The translations under genes and the position numbers were made by a program. Below are positions 1 to 9,862 of a DNA stretch of 64,000 bases, in pieces (within the stretch, counting starts at the first letter, position 1; every line of letters starts with the position of its first letter). Under the pieces are notes generated by a model, which had not been told where the DNA came from, did not search any database, and worked only from the letters and a program-made list of their open reading frames with translations. This DNA is from an uncultured Candidatus Saccharibacteria bacterium (lineage in GTDB: Bacteria; Patescibacteriota; Minisyncoccia; Phycocordibacterales; CAIZLB01), in the NCBI GenBank assembly GCA_964520195.1, contig CAZFNX010000002.1, positions 2,884 to 66,883 on the forward strand, read 5' to 3'.

Positions 1-344
1 TTTACCATATCAAACGTCTTACCGCTCAACATAGATATCTCATCTATGACTAACACTTTTGCTTTTGTTAACCTCTTCACAATATATTCTTTTTCATGAA
101 GAGCCTCTATATCGTACATACTCAACTCTTCCTTGATACCAATACCACTCCATGAGTGTATAGTCATACCTCCTATATGTGTTGCTGCAATACCTGTACT
201 TGCTGTAACTGATGCATGTACTCCATGTTTTGCTAGATATTCTATATACTGCTTTATAGTGTAGCTCTTACCTGATCCGGGTTCTCCAGTGAGAAACACA
301 GATGCACCTGTTTTAAGAATATCTAAAGCTGTCTTTTGGAGCAT
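1..344 (-). CDS. PIF1/RecD-like DNA helicase, N-terminal part (runs off window start)
   Basis: Manual translation MLQKTALDILKTGASVFLTGEPGSGKS...TASTGIAATHIGGMTIHSWSGIG...VIDEISM shows Walker A/B and PIF1 motifs; not in ORF track. Confidence 0.85.
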   Translation of the reverse strand, partial: MLQKTALDILKTGASVFLTGEPGSGKSYTIKQYIEYLAKHGVHASVTASTGIAATHIGGMTIHSWSGIGIKEELSMYDIEALHEKEYIVKRLTKAKVLVIDEISMLSGKTFDMV

Positions 345-405
345 TGTGAGTGAAGTATAGCATATAGATATACATCTAAAACAACCTTTATAGATAAAGT
401 ATTAT

Positions 406-1554
406 TTACGCACCTTGATTTAAATCAACACCGAAACTAAACTCTGCTGTATTTACAAATGTATCCCAATCCTGTGCAAATGCTTGAGGTATAAGTTCCT
501 CACTCTTGCTTGTAAGACCATCAACTTTCTTAACTGCAGTTCCTATAGCAAGAAACTCTATAAGACCACTACCAAGTTGATATATGTATGTCTTTACACC
601 GACAACCTCATCTGCACCTATTGCATCAGCTTCCTTGTTAAGTGTAGCCAGAGCATTTTCTCGTGCATCATAAATAAGTTTTGAAAGCTCAGGAATCTCT
701 CCTTTTGTAAATGATTTGAAAAATGAAGTCACTCCACCAATAAATCCAAGTGAATATACAGATGTTCCAATCAAAAGTTTAAGCGGCGCGTAACCCATCT
801 TGTTTAGGTTCCACATCTCTTGAGGAGTAAGATCACTTGTTACTACACCATCAGATGGAAGTGCTGGGTTGTGTGATGCAGTACCGATCATAAGCATCTC
901 TTGCACCCCAATACCAGCAAATGGAAGAATAGTTGTTTCAATGCCAACAACAGAATTTGCATTATGTTTTTTAGCGTGAGCAACTATACGCTCAAGTGCA
1001 AGGTGTCGTGTCTTATTAAAAATATCTGAAAATTCTTTTACTTCTCCACGAACAAGTGTTTTTAACGCACCAAGAATACCTCCGGCAATACCGATAGAAT
1101 ATGCAACATTTCCAAATACAAATCGGAGTGGCTTATATCCAGCATCTACTTGCACATACAAGTCTTGCCCATCAGCTGAAGTACTGAAAGCAAAATCTTC
1201 TCGTGGAGTTTGTGATGCGTCAGTTTTTGTATGAAGTCCTGAACCAACTGAAAGAAACTCTATATTACCACCATGGAAAACAAGCTCACTTGTTACCCCA
1301 GTTACGCCTACAGTTCCCTTATCTTTTGCCTCTTGTTCTAAACGTTCTATAGCAGCAACTCTACCTTCTTCTATAAGATCAGTGATCTGTGTTACCTCAC
1401 CTCCAACAAGAGCTCGAAATCCTGAGCCAATACTTCGACCAAATCCAAGAGCGTGAACACTGTTTCCGACAACAATATCCCCTGCTTTATATCCTACTTT
1501 ATTGAGACAATACATTTCATTGCCTGATAGACCTGTTGTTTTCATATTTTTCAT
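406..1554 (-). CDS. YbjQ-family (heavy-metal-binding domain) protein with three tandem YbjQ-like repeats
   Basis: Three repeats of the GxSV...GE..E....R..A..GA..VVGV...GTA pattern; start moved to ATG 1554 behind AAGGAG. Confidence 0.75.
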   Translation of the reverse strand: MKNMKTTGLSGNEMYCLNKVGYKAGDIVVGNSVHALGFGRSIGSGFRALVGGEVTQITDLIEEGRVAAIERLEQEAKDKGTVGVTGVTSELVFHGGNIEFLSVGSGLHTKTDASQTPREDFAFSTSADGQDLYVQVDAGYKPLRFVFGNVAYSIGIAGGILGALKTLVRGEVKEFSDIFNKTRHLALERIVAHAKKHNANSVVGIETTILPFAGIGVQEMLMIGTASHNPALPSDGVVTSDLTPQEMWNLNKMGYAPLKLLIGTSVYSLGFIGGVTSFFKSFTKGEIPELSKLIYDARENALATLNKEADAIGADEVVGVKTYIYQLGSGLIEFLAIGTAVKKVDGLTSKSEELIPQAFAQDWDTFVNTAEFSFGVDLNQGA

Positions 1555-1635
1555 TGTACTCCTTTTGGGAGGGGGTGCAAGGTTTGACTTTTGATAATAA
1601 AGAGGTATTCTTGTCAAAAGAAGGAGGTTAATGAT

Positions 1636-2064
1636 ATGGAAATATGCCAAATTGCTGATGTTCAGGTTACAAACAACAGAGTGGTGATGAAACCGATTTT
1701 TTGTCAAACAATACTGACATGCCTCATACCAGAAAAACACATTCAATGGACCAAAGAAGAAGGTCGCGGAAAAGTAATCATCACAAGGTGGCTTAATGAA
1801 CACCAAGTGCTATGTTATTTCATACGAGTCTCTTTGAGACAACCAGCTACAACAAACTGGCACGATGTTGCTGAGACAGTAGCAAGAGAACCGAAAGAGA
1901 TTCTTCACTGGCTCGAGGGTATATTAGAACAATGCAGAATAGTTATGAGGTTGGAAAGTCCTGGACTCATTGCTAACACATTGAATGATTTGTCTGCTCA
2001 GCTACGACAAATCTTACCGACATTGAACGCTGAATACTTGAAAGTATCGAAAGCGAGACAGTAA
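1636..2064 (+). CDS. Hypothetical protein (orphan)
   Basis: AAGGAGG SD at 1621-1627; TTGACT-N16-TATTCT promoter 1584-1611; terminator downstream. Confidence 0.6.
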   Translation: MEICQIADVQVTNNRVVMKPIFCQTILTCLIPEKHIQWTKEEGRGKVIITRWLNEHQVLCYFIRVSLRQPATTNWHDVAETVAREPKEILHWLEGILEQCRIVMRLESPGLIANTLNDLSAQLRQILPTLNAEYLKVSKARQ

Positions 2065-2068
2065 CGGA

Positions 2069-2106
2069 AATCAGTAACACCGGAAAGATGTTACTGATTA
2101 TTTTTT
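2069..2106 (+). terminator. Intrinsic terminator
   Basis: AATCAGTAACA/TGTTACTGATT 11-bp stem followed by T run. Confidence 0.7.
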
Positions 2107-2232
2107 ATTGTCACCAGTCTCGACCCTTACAAGAAAAACAAAACTTTTCGATTTCTAGCCACAGACCAACCTGTTGGTCTGCTCGAGAGTATATAGAAAA
2201 ATACACCCCTTTCGGGGTGTGTTTTCAGTTAG

Positions 2233-2304
2233 TGCTCTCGCTAGGAATCGAACCTAGATTAACGGCTTAGAAGTCCGCAGTTCTATCCATTGAACTACAA
2301 GAGC
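2233..2304 (-). tRNA. tRNA-Arg(TCT), CCA not encoded
   Basis: Cloverleaf GCTCTTG/CGAGAGC; anticodon arm GCGGA-CTTCTAA-GCCGT; T arm CTAGG-TTCGATT-CCTAG. Confidence 0.92.
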
Positions 2305-2329
2305 GCGCTGTTCGTGTAAGATGTTTATA

Positions 2330-2701
2330 TCATTGTTTTGACGAAGTTGCAATTGTACTTGAACCTGTAGTAGTCCCTACAGAAACAGGAGAAGATTTAC
2401 TTAAACTATTGATCACAGATGTATATACAGCATCTCGTTTTTCATATATTTGAAATAGATTTGACATCTGAGTAACAGATGTATATGCCTGGAGTTTGGC
2501 AATATCAGATCCGTCGTTTGTAGTGGTAGCAATAGAGATAATAACAGCTTTTGATATCTGTTCGCGAGCATACGTATAGACATATGTGTCATACCCAATA
2601 GCACTCAAAGCAAGTATAACACTTGTCATAATAATAATTTTCCAGTGCAACTCTGGCTTAAATCCAAAAAATTTTTTTTGTAGTTGAGTGTGAGATTTCA
2701 T
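2330..2701 (-). CDS. Single-TM protein closing the first pilMNO-like operon
   Basis: N-terminal TM; overlaps the upstream stop codon. Confidence 0.6.
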   Translation of the reverse strand: MKSHTQLQKKFFGFKPELHWKIIIMTSVILALSAIGYDTYVYTYAREQISKAVIISIATTTNDGSDIAKLQAYTSVTQMSNLFQIYEKRDAVYTSVINSLSKSSPVSVGTTTGSSTIATSSKQ

Positions 2702-3237
2702 AAGATTTCTGTAATTACTAATGTAATATGAGCCTTAGTTTTTGTTTTATCCATAAACTGCAGTGACACATCTTCAATATGAGACACGTAAGGCAGATTT
2801 AATAATCCATATATATATGAATCAACAGCATCACTTGTACCTGAAGCTACAACCTCAACCACAACTTCCCCTGCTCCAAGTGAAGATAATGTCTCATTAT
2901 CTCGTTTTCTTACAGAAGCAATACCTGAATCATCTCCATTAAACATACCTGCTTGTTTTCCATCTTTTTCTAGATCTGTGATTGCTTTAAATACAGCATC
3001 ACCACTTAAAATATATGAATCTATTTGAGATTGTTCCTTTGAACCTTTTAAAAGAATTTTTTTATACAAAATAGCTTTACCTTGAGCATCTTCTAATGCT
3101 TGTAGTTTTGTATTTATTTCTACTACACGTGCAGAATAATTTGAAACATATGTATGTAGCCTATACATACCATACACACCTGCACTTAAAATACAGATTG
3201 CAACGCATATGAATATTGTATATTTTTTATTATTCAT
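2698..3237 (-). CDS. PilO-like protein
   Basis: N-terminal TM, coiled coil, C-terminal LLNLPYVSHIEDVSL PilO-like segment; third in operon. Confidence 0.55.
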   Translation of the reverse strand: MNNKKYTIFICVAICILSAGVYGMYRLHTYVSNYSARVVEINTKLQALEDAQGKAILYKKILLKGSKEQSQIDSYILSGDAVFKAITDLEKDGKQAGMFNGDDSGIASVRKRDNETLSSLGAGEVVVEVVASGTSDAVDSYIYGLLNLPYVSHIEDVSLQFMDKTKTKAHITLVITEIL

Positions 3238-3757
3238 AAGTTAAATTTTGAGCAAAAGTAAATGTTGCTCGTTCGCTTAAAACAGAGTATGGAAGATTTG
3301 CTCCTTTGTACGAAGTTTTTTGTAATGCATCAACTAAATCTTTAGCAACCTTTTTATCTCTCACCTCTGTAACAATATCGACTTTTTTTGCTATAGAATC
3401 AACATGAATACTTATCAACCTAACTCCTCCAACACTTTCAACTACACGTTCTACATCTTGATATGTTTTACGTACATCTGTTGTATTTACGTTTTGTAAG
3501 ATATTTATCTTATTTGTAATCTTAGCAACTTCTGCTTCAGAACCAGCAAGCGTACTTGCTTGTAACCCAGATTCAAGAGAAGCAATACTACTTTCAGATA
3601 CTTTTCCTTCTGTACGAAGCAGTAAAATAGTTGGTACAGCAGACGCTCCAGCAATCAAACACACAAGCACAAACATCCATGATACAGTCTGCCACACAGA
3701 TGTATAGTATCTATCTATGATTCTTTTGCGTTGTTCATCTTGAATAAGGTAAAGCAT
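3230..3757 (-). CDS. PilN-like protein
   Basis: N-terminal PilM-binding-like segment then TM; follows the pilM-like gene. Confidence 0.55.
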   Translation of the reverse strand: MLYLIQDEQRKRIIDRYYTSVWQTVSWMFVLVCLIAGASAVPTILLLRTEGKVSESSIASLESGLQASTLAGSEAEVAKITNKINILQNVNTTDVRKTYQDVERVVESVGGVRLISIHVDSIAKKVDIVTEVRDKKVAKDLVDALQKTSYKGANLPYSVLSERATFTFAQNLTYE

Positions 3758-3772
3758 GTGATGTGTATCTTA

Positions 3773-4771
3773 TTATATCTTAGGTAGTGCCAAACCGATA
3801 GCTGTTGCGTATTCATAAGAATCTTTTTTATGAATATCAGGAACAACGTGTTTTGAAAAATTTACATTTGCCCAAACATCAGCTATACGTACATCGAGAG
3901 ACAATTCTCGATGTAACATGTGTGCAAAATCTGATTCCAATATCTCTCTATGAGTTGAACTTAGTAATATTGCTTTCAGTGGTTGAAAATTGTATCCAGG
4001 ATTTTTCTCAATATATGAAAGCCAGAAAATAACCACTTTATAAATATCTTTGATGAGATCTTGAAAAACTTCTGGATTTTCCAATGTTAAATCCTCTTTG
4101 AAAATAGATTGCCTAATCGTAGATGTGTACAATACAATACCAGAACTCACAATTGATACTACAATATTTCTTTTCTCCACAGCTACAATACAATATGGAT
4201 CAAAATCATCTTTAGAGATGAGAGTTTTGGCGAGTGCTTGATTTTGTACCAAAAAAGATACAACTTCGAGTGAGGCTTTTCTGAAAATATCTATATATTC
4301 TTGAATAACTTTTTTAGCAACAACAGCAACAGACACTAAACTTTTATTAACGTCTTTTAAATATGTAACAGGTGTCACATCAAATACAGCCTCATCAACT
4401 TTTAATGGAACATTTTCTTCAATACGAAACTCTACTTGAGCACGGATAGATTCCTCATCTTGTCCATCAACTTCCATAGTGTATATGTACACAAGATCCT
4501 CAGGTAACGAAACTTCAACATATCGATATTTAAATTCTTTTTGAATCTTTTTCAAGACCATTAACAACCCATCTTGTTCAGCAAGTATACTTTCTTTTTT
4601 AAGTTCTGGTATATCGTATTTACCAAAATACTTGATACGCATAGTATCCCCTACTTTATCAAAGAAAACATGCCGCACGTGAATCGTACCTATATCTATA
4701 CCAGCATGATGAAAAGCCATAGATGTTGGTATCGGTATATATCTTATTAGTTTTGAAACAAAAGAACTCAT
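3773..4771 (-). CDS. pilM: PilM-like actin-fold protein (divergent second copy)
   Basis: AGIDIG N-terminus, IEENVPL..DEAVFD, C-terminal YATAIGLAL. Confidence 0.75.
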   Translation of the reverse strand: MSSFVSKLIRYIPIPTSMAFHHAGIDIGTIHVRHVFFDKVGDTMRIKYFGKYDIPELKKESILAEQDGLLMVLKKIQKEFKYRYVEVSLPEDLVYIYTMEVDGQDEESIRAQVEFRIEENVPLKVDEAVFDVTPVTYLKDVNKSLVSVAVVAKKVIQEYIDIFRKASLEVVSFLVQNQALAKTLISKDDFDPYCIVAVEKRNIVVSIVSSGIVLYTSTIRQSIFKEDLTLENPEVFQDLIKDIYKVVIFWLSYIEKNPGYNFQPLKAILLSSTHREILESDFAHMLHRELSLDVRIADVWANVNFSKHVVPDIHKKDSYEYATAIGLALPKI

Positions 4772-4786
4772 GTGTATATACAATGA

Positions 4787-5110
4787 TTATGATAATAATG
4801 TACCATTTTTAATAAGTCTATCCATAGTTGTAAGTCCTAATGTTGTATCATCTTTTCCTGCAAGGATCATAGCCTGACTTTCAATACCCATAATCGCTCG
4901 AGGTTCAAGGTTTGTGACAAAAACTTTTTGTGTACCAACAAACTGATCAATATCAACATAGGCTTTGATACCCGACACAACCGTTCGAGGCTTTTCTTCT
5001 CCAAAATCTACAGTGAGATGAAGTAACTTATCTGATCCTTCAACCGGTACTGCTGTTATAATCTGTCCTACTCGAAGTTCTATTTTTTTGAAATCATCAA
5101 ATGTAATCAT
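4787..5110 (-). CDS. tRNA-binding OB-fold protein (MetG C-terminal/CsaA-like)
   Basis: ITFDDFKKIELRVG...DKLL...RTVVSGI...NLEPRAIMGIESQAMIL. Confidence 0.9.
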   Translation of the reverse strand: MITFDDFKKIELRVGQIITAVPVEGSDKLLHLTVDFGEEKPRTVVSGIKAYVDIDQFVGTQKVFVTNLEPRAIMGIESQAMILAGKDDTTLGLTTMDRLIKNGTLLS

Positions 5111-5122
5111 GCCTACAGTATA

Positions 5123-5581
5123 CTATACTCTGGCCTGCTTATCGAGAAACCCTTGAAGGATGTAAGCTGCCACTTGTGCATCGTCATCTTTTGTATGTTC
5201 TCGCACTTTCTTTGCATTTGCTGCTTTATGTTTTTCACCTGTCTGTTTTTGAAATGTATGACGCAACATAGCCTGTGCTCCAGAGGTAGACATACGCTCA
5301 TCAAAGCGATGAATAATGAGTGGCAATCCTCGAATAGATAAATGAGTAACAAACTCTTCTATATCTTTTTCAATAGGATTATCCTTACCTTTAAAATCAA
5401 TAGAGTGACCAATCACAATATCATTAATCTGCTCTTTATCGCATATATCGAGAATGGTATTAATATGAGTATTTTTTGAATCAGGAGTTACAATACACTG
5501 AGGAAATGCAATAGTTCCATCATCGTTGCTTTTAGCTATGCCTATCTTTTTTTTGCCGTAATCGACCCCTAGATATTTCAT
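5123..5581 (-). CDS. ruvX: YqgF/RuvX pre-16S rRNA nuclease
   Basis: YLGVDYGKKKIGIA, DERMST, DD..AAYILQ motifs. Confidence 0.92.
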   Translation of the reverse strand: MKYLGVDYGKKKIGIAKSNDDGTIAFPQCIVTPDSKNTHINTILDICDKEQINDIVIGHSIDFKGKDNPIEKDIEEFVTHLSIRGLPLIIHRFDERMSTSGAQAMLRHTFQKQTGEKHKAANAKKVREHTKDDDAQVAAYILQGFLDKQARV

Positions 5582-5636
5582 ATGTATTATGATAATATCA
5601 TATCACGTTAGTCGACGCATAGTCTCATAACTTCAT

Positions 5637-5725
5637 GGAGGAGTGGCAGAGAGGTCGATTGCACCTGTCTTGAAAACAGGAGGGCTGTCATGGTCCCGTG
5701 AGTTCGAATCTCACCTCCTCCGCCA
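5637..5725 (+). tRNA. tRNA-Ser(TGA)
   Basis: Anticodon arm CCTGT-CTTGAAA-ACAGG; long variable arm; ends GCCA. Confidence 0.95.
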
Positions 5726-5789
5726 ACACATTTTATTATCGGCGTCACCTCACTTGCCTGAGCAAGTGATGCGACCCAAATACATAGAT

Positions 5790-5833
5790 TTGTAACAAAA
5801 AGTACACGATCACTCGTGTACTTTTTGTTACAA
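5790..5833. terminator. Bidirectional terminator between tRNA-Ser and the copper operon
   Basis: TTGTAACAAAAAGTACACGA / TCGTGTACTTTTTGTTACAA perfect inverted repeat. Confidence 0.8.
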
Positions 5834-5837
5834 CAAT

Positions 5838-6224
5838 TTAATTAAACTGAACCTCAAACGGATACATGCCCATCCCGCAAGTCCCTTGGAGCGTAGCCAC
5901 CTCCTGACTTCCCACATCAATGTCTGTCGTGCCAGTCTGCGGAAGAGATTTTGAAATATTCATACTTGGAATACGAACTGAAGACGAACAATCAAAAGTA
6001 CCGTTTGTATCAAAACGAATGATTGTCGGCATTCCTGCTTTGGCCACACTCTTTCTTGGGTGGTATCCGCCTTTGGCTGATATTTCAACAATTTGCTTTC
6101 CGTCAACAACAGTGACGTTATCTGCACTCGCAACCGATGTTGTATCAGATTTTCGTGTAAGAGCGAAAGCTCCTCCGACGAGAATTATTGCGATTAATAT
6201 TGAAATAGTGGTTGTTTTTTTCAT
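5838..6224 (-). CDS. Cupredoxin-domain protein
   Basis: Signal anchor; GGYHP, DCSS, TCGMGMY. Confidence 0.85.
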   Translation of the reverse strand: MKKTTTISILIAIILVGGAFALTRKSDTTSVASADNVTVVDGKQIVEISAKGGYHPRKSVAKAGMPTIIRFDTNGTFDCSSSVRIPSMNISKSLPQTGTTDIDVGSQEVATLQGTCGMGMYPFEVQFN

Positions 6225-6242
6225 AAATATTATTTGATTATA

Positions 6243-7262
6243 CTAAAAGTTAAAGACTGGCGGAATGACCCCAATGACCACCAGTGCGTTGATAAAATTG
6301 AATAATGCGAACAGGATCACAATCAATCCTGCTGACTTGAAGAATGCTCCCGACTTCTTGCTGTTCTGAATGCTGAACGAGCTAAAACTGATAAGTGCCA
6401 AGACTGGAAGTGTCCCAAGTGCGAATGAGAGCATCGTCAACCCACCTCTCAGGAAGCTTCCCGTAGTGAGTGCGTACAACTGCATCGACTGGGTAAAACC
6501 GCACGGTAGGAAGAATGTAGCTATACCAACAAGAAGTGGAGTAAGAGTATGGTTGAGATTTGAGATGCCGTGAGCGCGCTTTGATATGAACTTCGGCATA
6601 GATAACTGAAGCCTCTTTGCCCATGGAAACACATCAAGCAGATTGATGCCGAGAATTATCATCACAATTGCTATGATAAGACTAAGTACGAACGTGCCAG
6701 TGGTGCCAAGAGTAAAAGCAGAACCGATTGCACCTATTACTCCTCCAAGAATAAAGAATGAAACGATACGACCTCCATGGAACATAAGTTGAGGTCTAAT
6801 CTTGTCTCCCTCCTTAGCAAAGGTTGCCGACATCGAGAGTACCAACCCTCCTATTACTGCCATACAAGTTGAAAGCGAGGCGATGATACCAATAACAAAT
6901 GCCGTACCGTAAGTAACATTACCTCCACCGACAAGATTTACGATGCCGAGCTTTTGCAAGAGTCCGAACAGAACTGCGAAACCGACAGCGATCGGGACAG
7001 CGATTTTGAAATCAGACCAATTTCTTTCTACCACCTCTTTTTCAGCCGACACCGTATAGCCGTTGCTTTTGACGATAGCAGTAAGTTCCTCTGCAACCTG
7101 TTCATCCGTTTTGTCGCCAAAATCACCAACAATTTCTACTGAATGGTTTTTGAGATTTGATGTTGCCTTGCTTACATTAGGCAAGTTGCCAATCTTGTCT
7201 TCCGTGAGAATTACACAAGAATTGCAGTGCATACCGTGAACGTGGAATGTGTATGTTTTCAT
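6243..7262 (-). CDS. HMA domain + DsbD_2/TauE-like membrane protein
   Basis: GMHCNSC HMA motif; STCMAVIGG and FLPCGFTQ motifs. Confidence 0.85.
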   Translation of the reverse strand: MKTYTFHVHGMHCNSCVILTEDKIGNLPNVSKATSNLKNHSVEIVGDFGDKTDEQVAEELTAIVKSNGYTVSAEKEVVERNWSDFKIAVPIAVGFAVLFGLLQKLGIVNLVGGGNVTYGTAFVIGIIASLSTCMAVIGGLVLSMSATFAKEGDKIRPQLMFHGGRIVSFFILGGVIGAIGSAFTLGTTGTFVLSLIIAIVMIILGINLLDVFPWAKRLQLSMPKFISKRAHGISNLNHTLTPLLVGIATFFLPCGFTQSMQLYALTTGSFLRGGLTMLSFALGTLPVLALISFSSFSIQNSKKSGAFFKSAGLIVILFALFNFINALVVIGVIPPVFNF

Positions 7263-7264
7263 AA

Positions 7265-9547
7265 TTACAATTTCATATTCTTAATTCGTAATGAGTTTGA
7301 TACCACAGTTATACTCTCAAATGCCATGATCGCTCCCGCAAGAGCTGGTGAGAGCAACCATCCGAAGAATGGAAAGAGTATGCCTGCGGCAATTGGAATG
7401 CCCACTGAGTTGTATCCAAATGACCAGACGAGATTTTGCCAAATTGTCTTATTGGTTCGCTTTGCAAGATGCACCGCTTCCGCAACCTTTCCTATGTCTC
7501 CGTTAAGGAGAATTATATCCGAGCTCTCTATTGCAATATCTGAGCCATCGCTCATAGATATCGCAACATCTGCCTGAGCAAGTGCAGGAGAGTCGTTTAC
7601 ACCATCACCGATCATCGCAACCTTGAAGCCTTTTTTCTGAAGATCTTTTATGAGATTGAGTTTGTCTTCGGGTTTTACTTGCGCAAATACTTCGTCGATA
7701 CCCAAGTCTTTTGCGACGGACTCGCCAGTCTTTTTATTATCTCCAGTTGCCATGATCACCTTGAGTCCGAGCCTTTTAAGCTTTGTGATTTCAGCTTTTG
7801 CATCAGCCTTTATGGTGTCGTGAATTTTAATCAGAGAAAGCACTTCTTTTTTAGTGAAGAGGTAGAGTTCTCGTCCACTCTCAAATCTATTCTCATGGAA
7901 TGAACCACGAATATCTTTCTCTGTTCGTCTGGTAATTTCCATTACATAGTCGAGTGATCCAAGATAATACTCAGTATTTTCGTAGATACCCGATACTCCT
8001 TTGCCCGGGGTCTCTTTCATGGCCGTGATCTGTACCTCTTTAGTGTTCTGCTCCAGAAGCCATGTCGCCACGCTGTGAGAGATCGGATGTCTTGATGATT
8101 TTGTAAGTGCGTAAGCAATAGATCGTTTGAAACCACTGTCTTCTTCATTGCATACGTGATTCACGTCTTGGCAGAATATTCCTTCGATTGAGAGCCTGTT
8201 TTCAGTCAACGTTCCCGTCTTGTCAAAGACGATGGCGTTTACCTTCGCAAGCTTCTCTAAACTCTCTGCATTTTTGATGAGTATTCCACGTCGAGCACCT
8301 GTGCCAACCCCTGTGATAATTGCCGTTGGTGTGGCAAGGCCGAGAGAGCATGGGCACGCCACTACGAGCACTGCCATGGTGGTTGAGAGCGCCAACGCAA
8401 AGGCTTGGGATAACCCAAGGGTTGCAGGAGCAAATACCATCCATGCGATGAATGTGAGTACAGCAATGACAAGAACAACATACACGAAATATCCAGAGAT
8501 CTTATCAGCTATTCTTTCAATAGGGGCTTTTGAGTTTTGAGCAGATTCTACAATCTTCATGATATGAGAAAGTGCCGTGTCACTTGGATCTTTCTTGATT
8601 CTGATTTTCAGTATTCCTTGAAAGTTTTGCGTTCCTGCAAATACAGCATCGTTCACCCTCTTATCAACGGGAACTGATTCACCCGTAAGATTAGACTCAT
8701 CAATAGAACTTGCACCGAAGATAATAATTCCATCTACTGGAATGCGTTCATTTGGTTTAACTACAACTATGTCACCTATGGTAACCTGATCAATTGGGAT
8801 TTCAATCTCTTTTCCATTACGCTCGACAATCGCAGATTTGCTTGTAAGTTCTGCGAGTTTTTGCAAAGCCTCGTTCGTTTTCTTTTTCGCCCGAGCTTCA
8901 AGTGACTGACCGAGAGCAATGAGCCCTATAACTACAATGACAACATCATAGAAGTTCGAAGTGACGTCAATATATGGAGAGAGAGGTTTTTCAAATGCGG
9001 TAACAGCGAACGAATATATAAAGGCAACAATGGTTGAAATACCAACAAGGGTATCCATGTTGGCGGTGCGAGTTTTTATAAAAATCCAAACGGCACGAAT
9101 GTATTTACGACCGATACCAAAAAGTATGAACGTGGCAAAGATGGGCATCAGGTGATGTACGACCTCGTATACGTTTTCTGAAATCTTGGGCACGATGTTG
9201 TTTTTACTGAGTACATCCCAGAGCATCATGATGAACGAGAAGATCACCATCGGGATGACAAATTTCATCTCCTTTGTGTTGTCTTCTTCCATCATCTTCA
9301 TGTGATCGTGAGATTCAGTTTTTTTAATGCCTTGTTCAGAATCCTCAAAAGAATATCCAAACGGGTGTAGGACTTTATTGATTGTTTCCATGGAAACAGG
9401 TGCATCTTTGAAAGTAAGAGTAGCCTTTTCTGAAGACATTCCAACTTCGCACGTTGCTACACCTTCTATTTTCTGCACTTTGTTTTGTATGAGAGAGACA
9501 CAGCTCGCACAATGCATCCCTTTTACTTTGTATGTATGTTTAATCAT
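7265..9547 (-). CDS. copA: Copper-translocating P1B-type ATPase
   Basis: GMHCASC, TGES, CPC, DKTGT, GDGVND, YN...P and MAxxS motifs. Confidence 0.93.
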   Translation of the reverse strand: MIKHTYKVKGMHCASCVSLIQNKVQKIEGVATCEVGMSSEKATLTFKDAPVSMETINKVLHPFGYSFEDSEQGIKKTESHDHMKMMEEDNTKEMKFVIPMVIFSFIMMLWDVLSKNNIVPKISENVYEVVHHLMPIFATFILFGIGRKYIRAVWIFIKTRTANMDTLVGISTIVAFIYSFAVTAFEKPLSPYIDVTSNFYDVVIVVIGLIALGQSLEARAKKKTNEALQKLAELTSKSAIVERNGKEIEIPIDQVTIGDIVVVKPNERIPVDGIIIFGASSIDESNLTGESVPVDKRVNDAVFAGTQNFQGILKIRIKKDPSDTALSHIMKIVESAQNSKAPIERIADKISGYFVYVVLVIAVLTFIAWMVFAPATLGLSQAFALALSTTMAVLVVACPCSLGLATPTAIITGVGTGARRGILIKNAESLEKLAKVNAIVFDKTGTLTENRLSIEGIFCQDVNHVCNEEDSGFKRSIAYALTKSSRHPISHSVATWLLEQNTKEVQITAMKETPGKGVSGIYENTEYYLGSLDYVMEITRRTEKDIRGSFHENRFESGRELYLFTKKEVLSLIKIHDTIKADAKAEITKLKRLGLKVIMATGDNKKTGESVAKDLGIDEVFAQVKPEDKLNLIKDLQKKGFKVAMIGDGVNDSPALAQADVAISMSDGSDIAIESSDIILLNGDIGKVAEAVHLAKRTNKTIWQNLVWSFGYNSVGIPIAAGILFPFFGWLLSPALAGAIMAFESITVVSNSLRIKNMKL

Positions 9548-9548
9548 C

Positions 9549-9824
9549 TTATTTTCTCTTGAGCTTATACACCTTTAATATTTCCTCCTTGGCTTTTGTC
9601 GCCTCTCCTGTAGTCATTTGTTTTGATACACAACAATCCAAGTGATTCTCGAGCAAGATATCTTCGACGTTAGACAACGCTTGCTTAACCGCCGAAGTCT
9701 GGGTGATGACATCTATACAGTATTCATCCGCTTCAATCATTTTTTGAAGGCCTCTCACTTGACCCTCGATGAGCTTGAGGCGACGGACAACTTTGTCCTT
9801 GCTATTTTTTTCTGTGTATTTCAT
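9549..9824 (-). CDS. csoR: CsoR/RcnR-family metal-sensing repressor
   Basis: RLKLIEGQVRG...YCIDV...HLDCC. Confidence 0.9.
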   Translation of the reverse strand: MKYTEKNSKDKVVRRLKLIEGQVRGLQKMIEADEYCIDVITQTSAVKQALSNVEDILLENHLDCCVSKQMTTGEATKAKEEILKVYKLKRK

Positions 9825-9833
9825 ATACAGATA

Positions 9834-9862
9834 ATTGTATACCCCTAGGGGGTATCAGTCAA
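9834..9862 (-). promoter_or_regulatory. csoR-copA promoter with CsoR operator in the spacer
   Basis: TTGACT-N17-TACAAT; palindrome ATACCCCTAGGGGGTAT (9839-9855) matches the TACC...GGGGGTA CsoR-type box. Confidence 0.85.

Noticed and set aside
2260-2280. tRNA at 2233-2304 as an amber suppressor (CTA in loop)
   Set aside because: The stem register places TCT at 34-36. CTTCTAA is the normal Arg(TCT) loop, and a shifted register does not pair.
5108-6245. TAG-ending genes in frame with the next gene (4 of 7 same-strand pairs checked)
   Set aside because: About one in three is expected by chance and the sample is too small.
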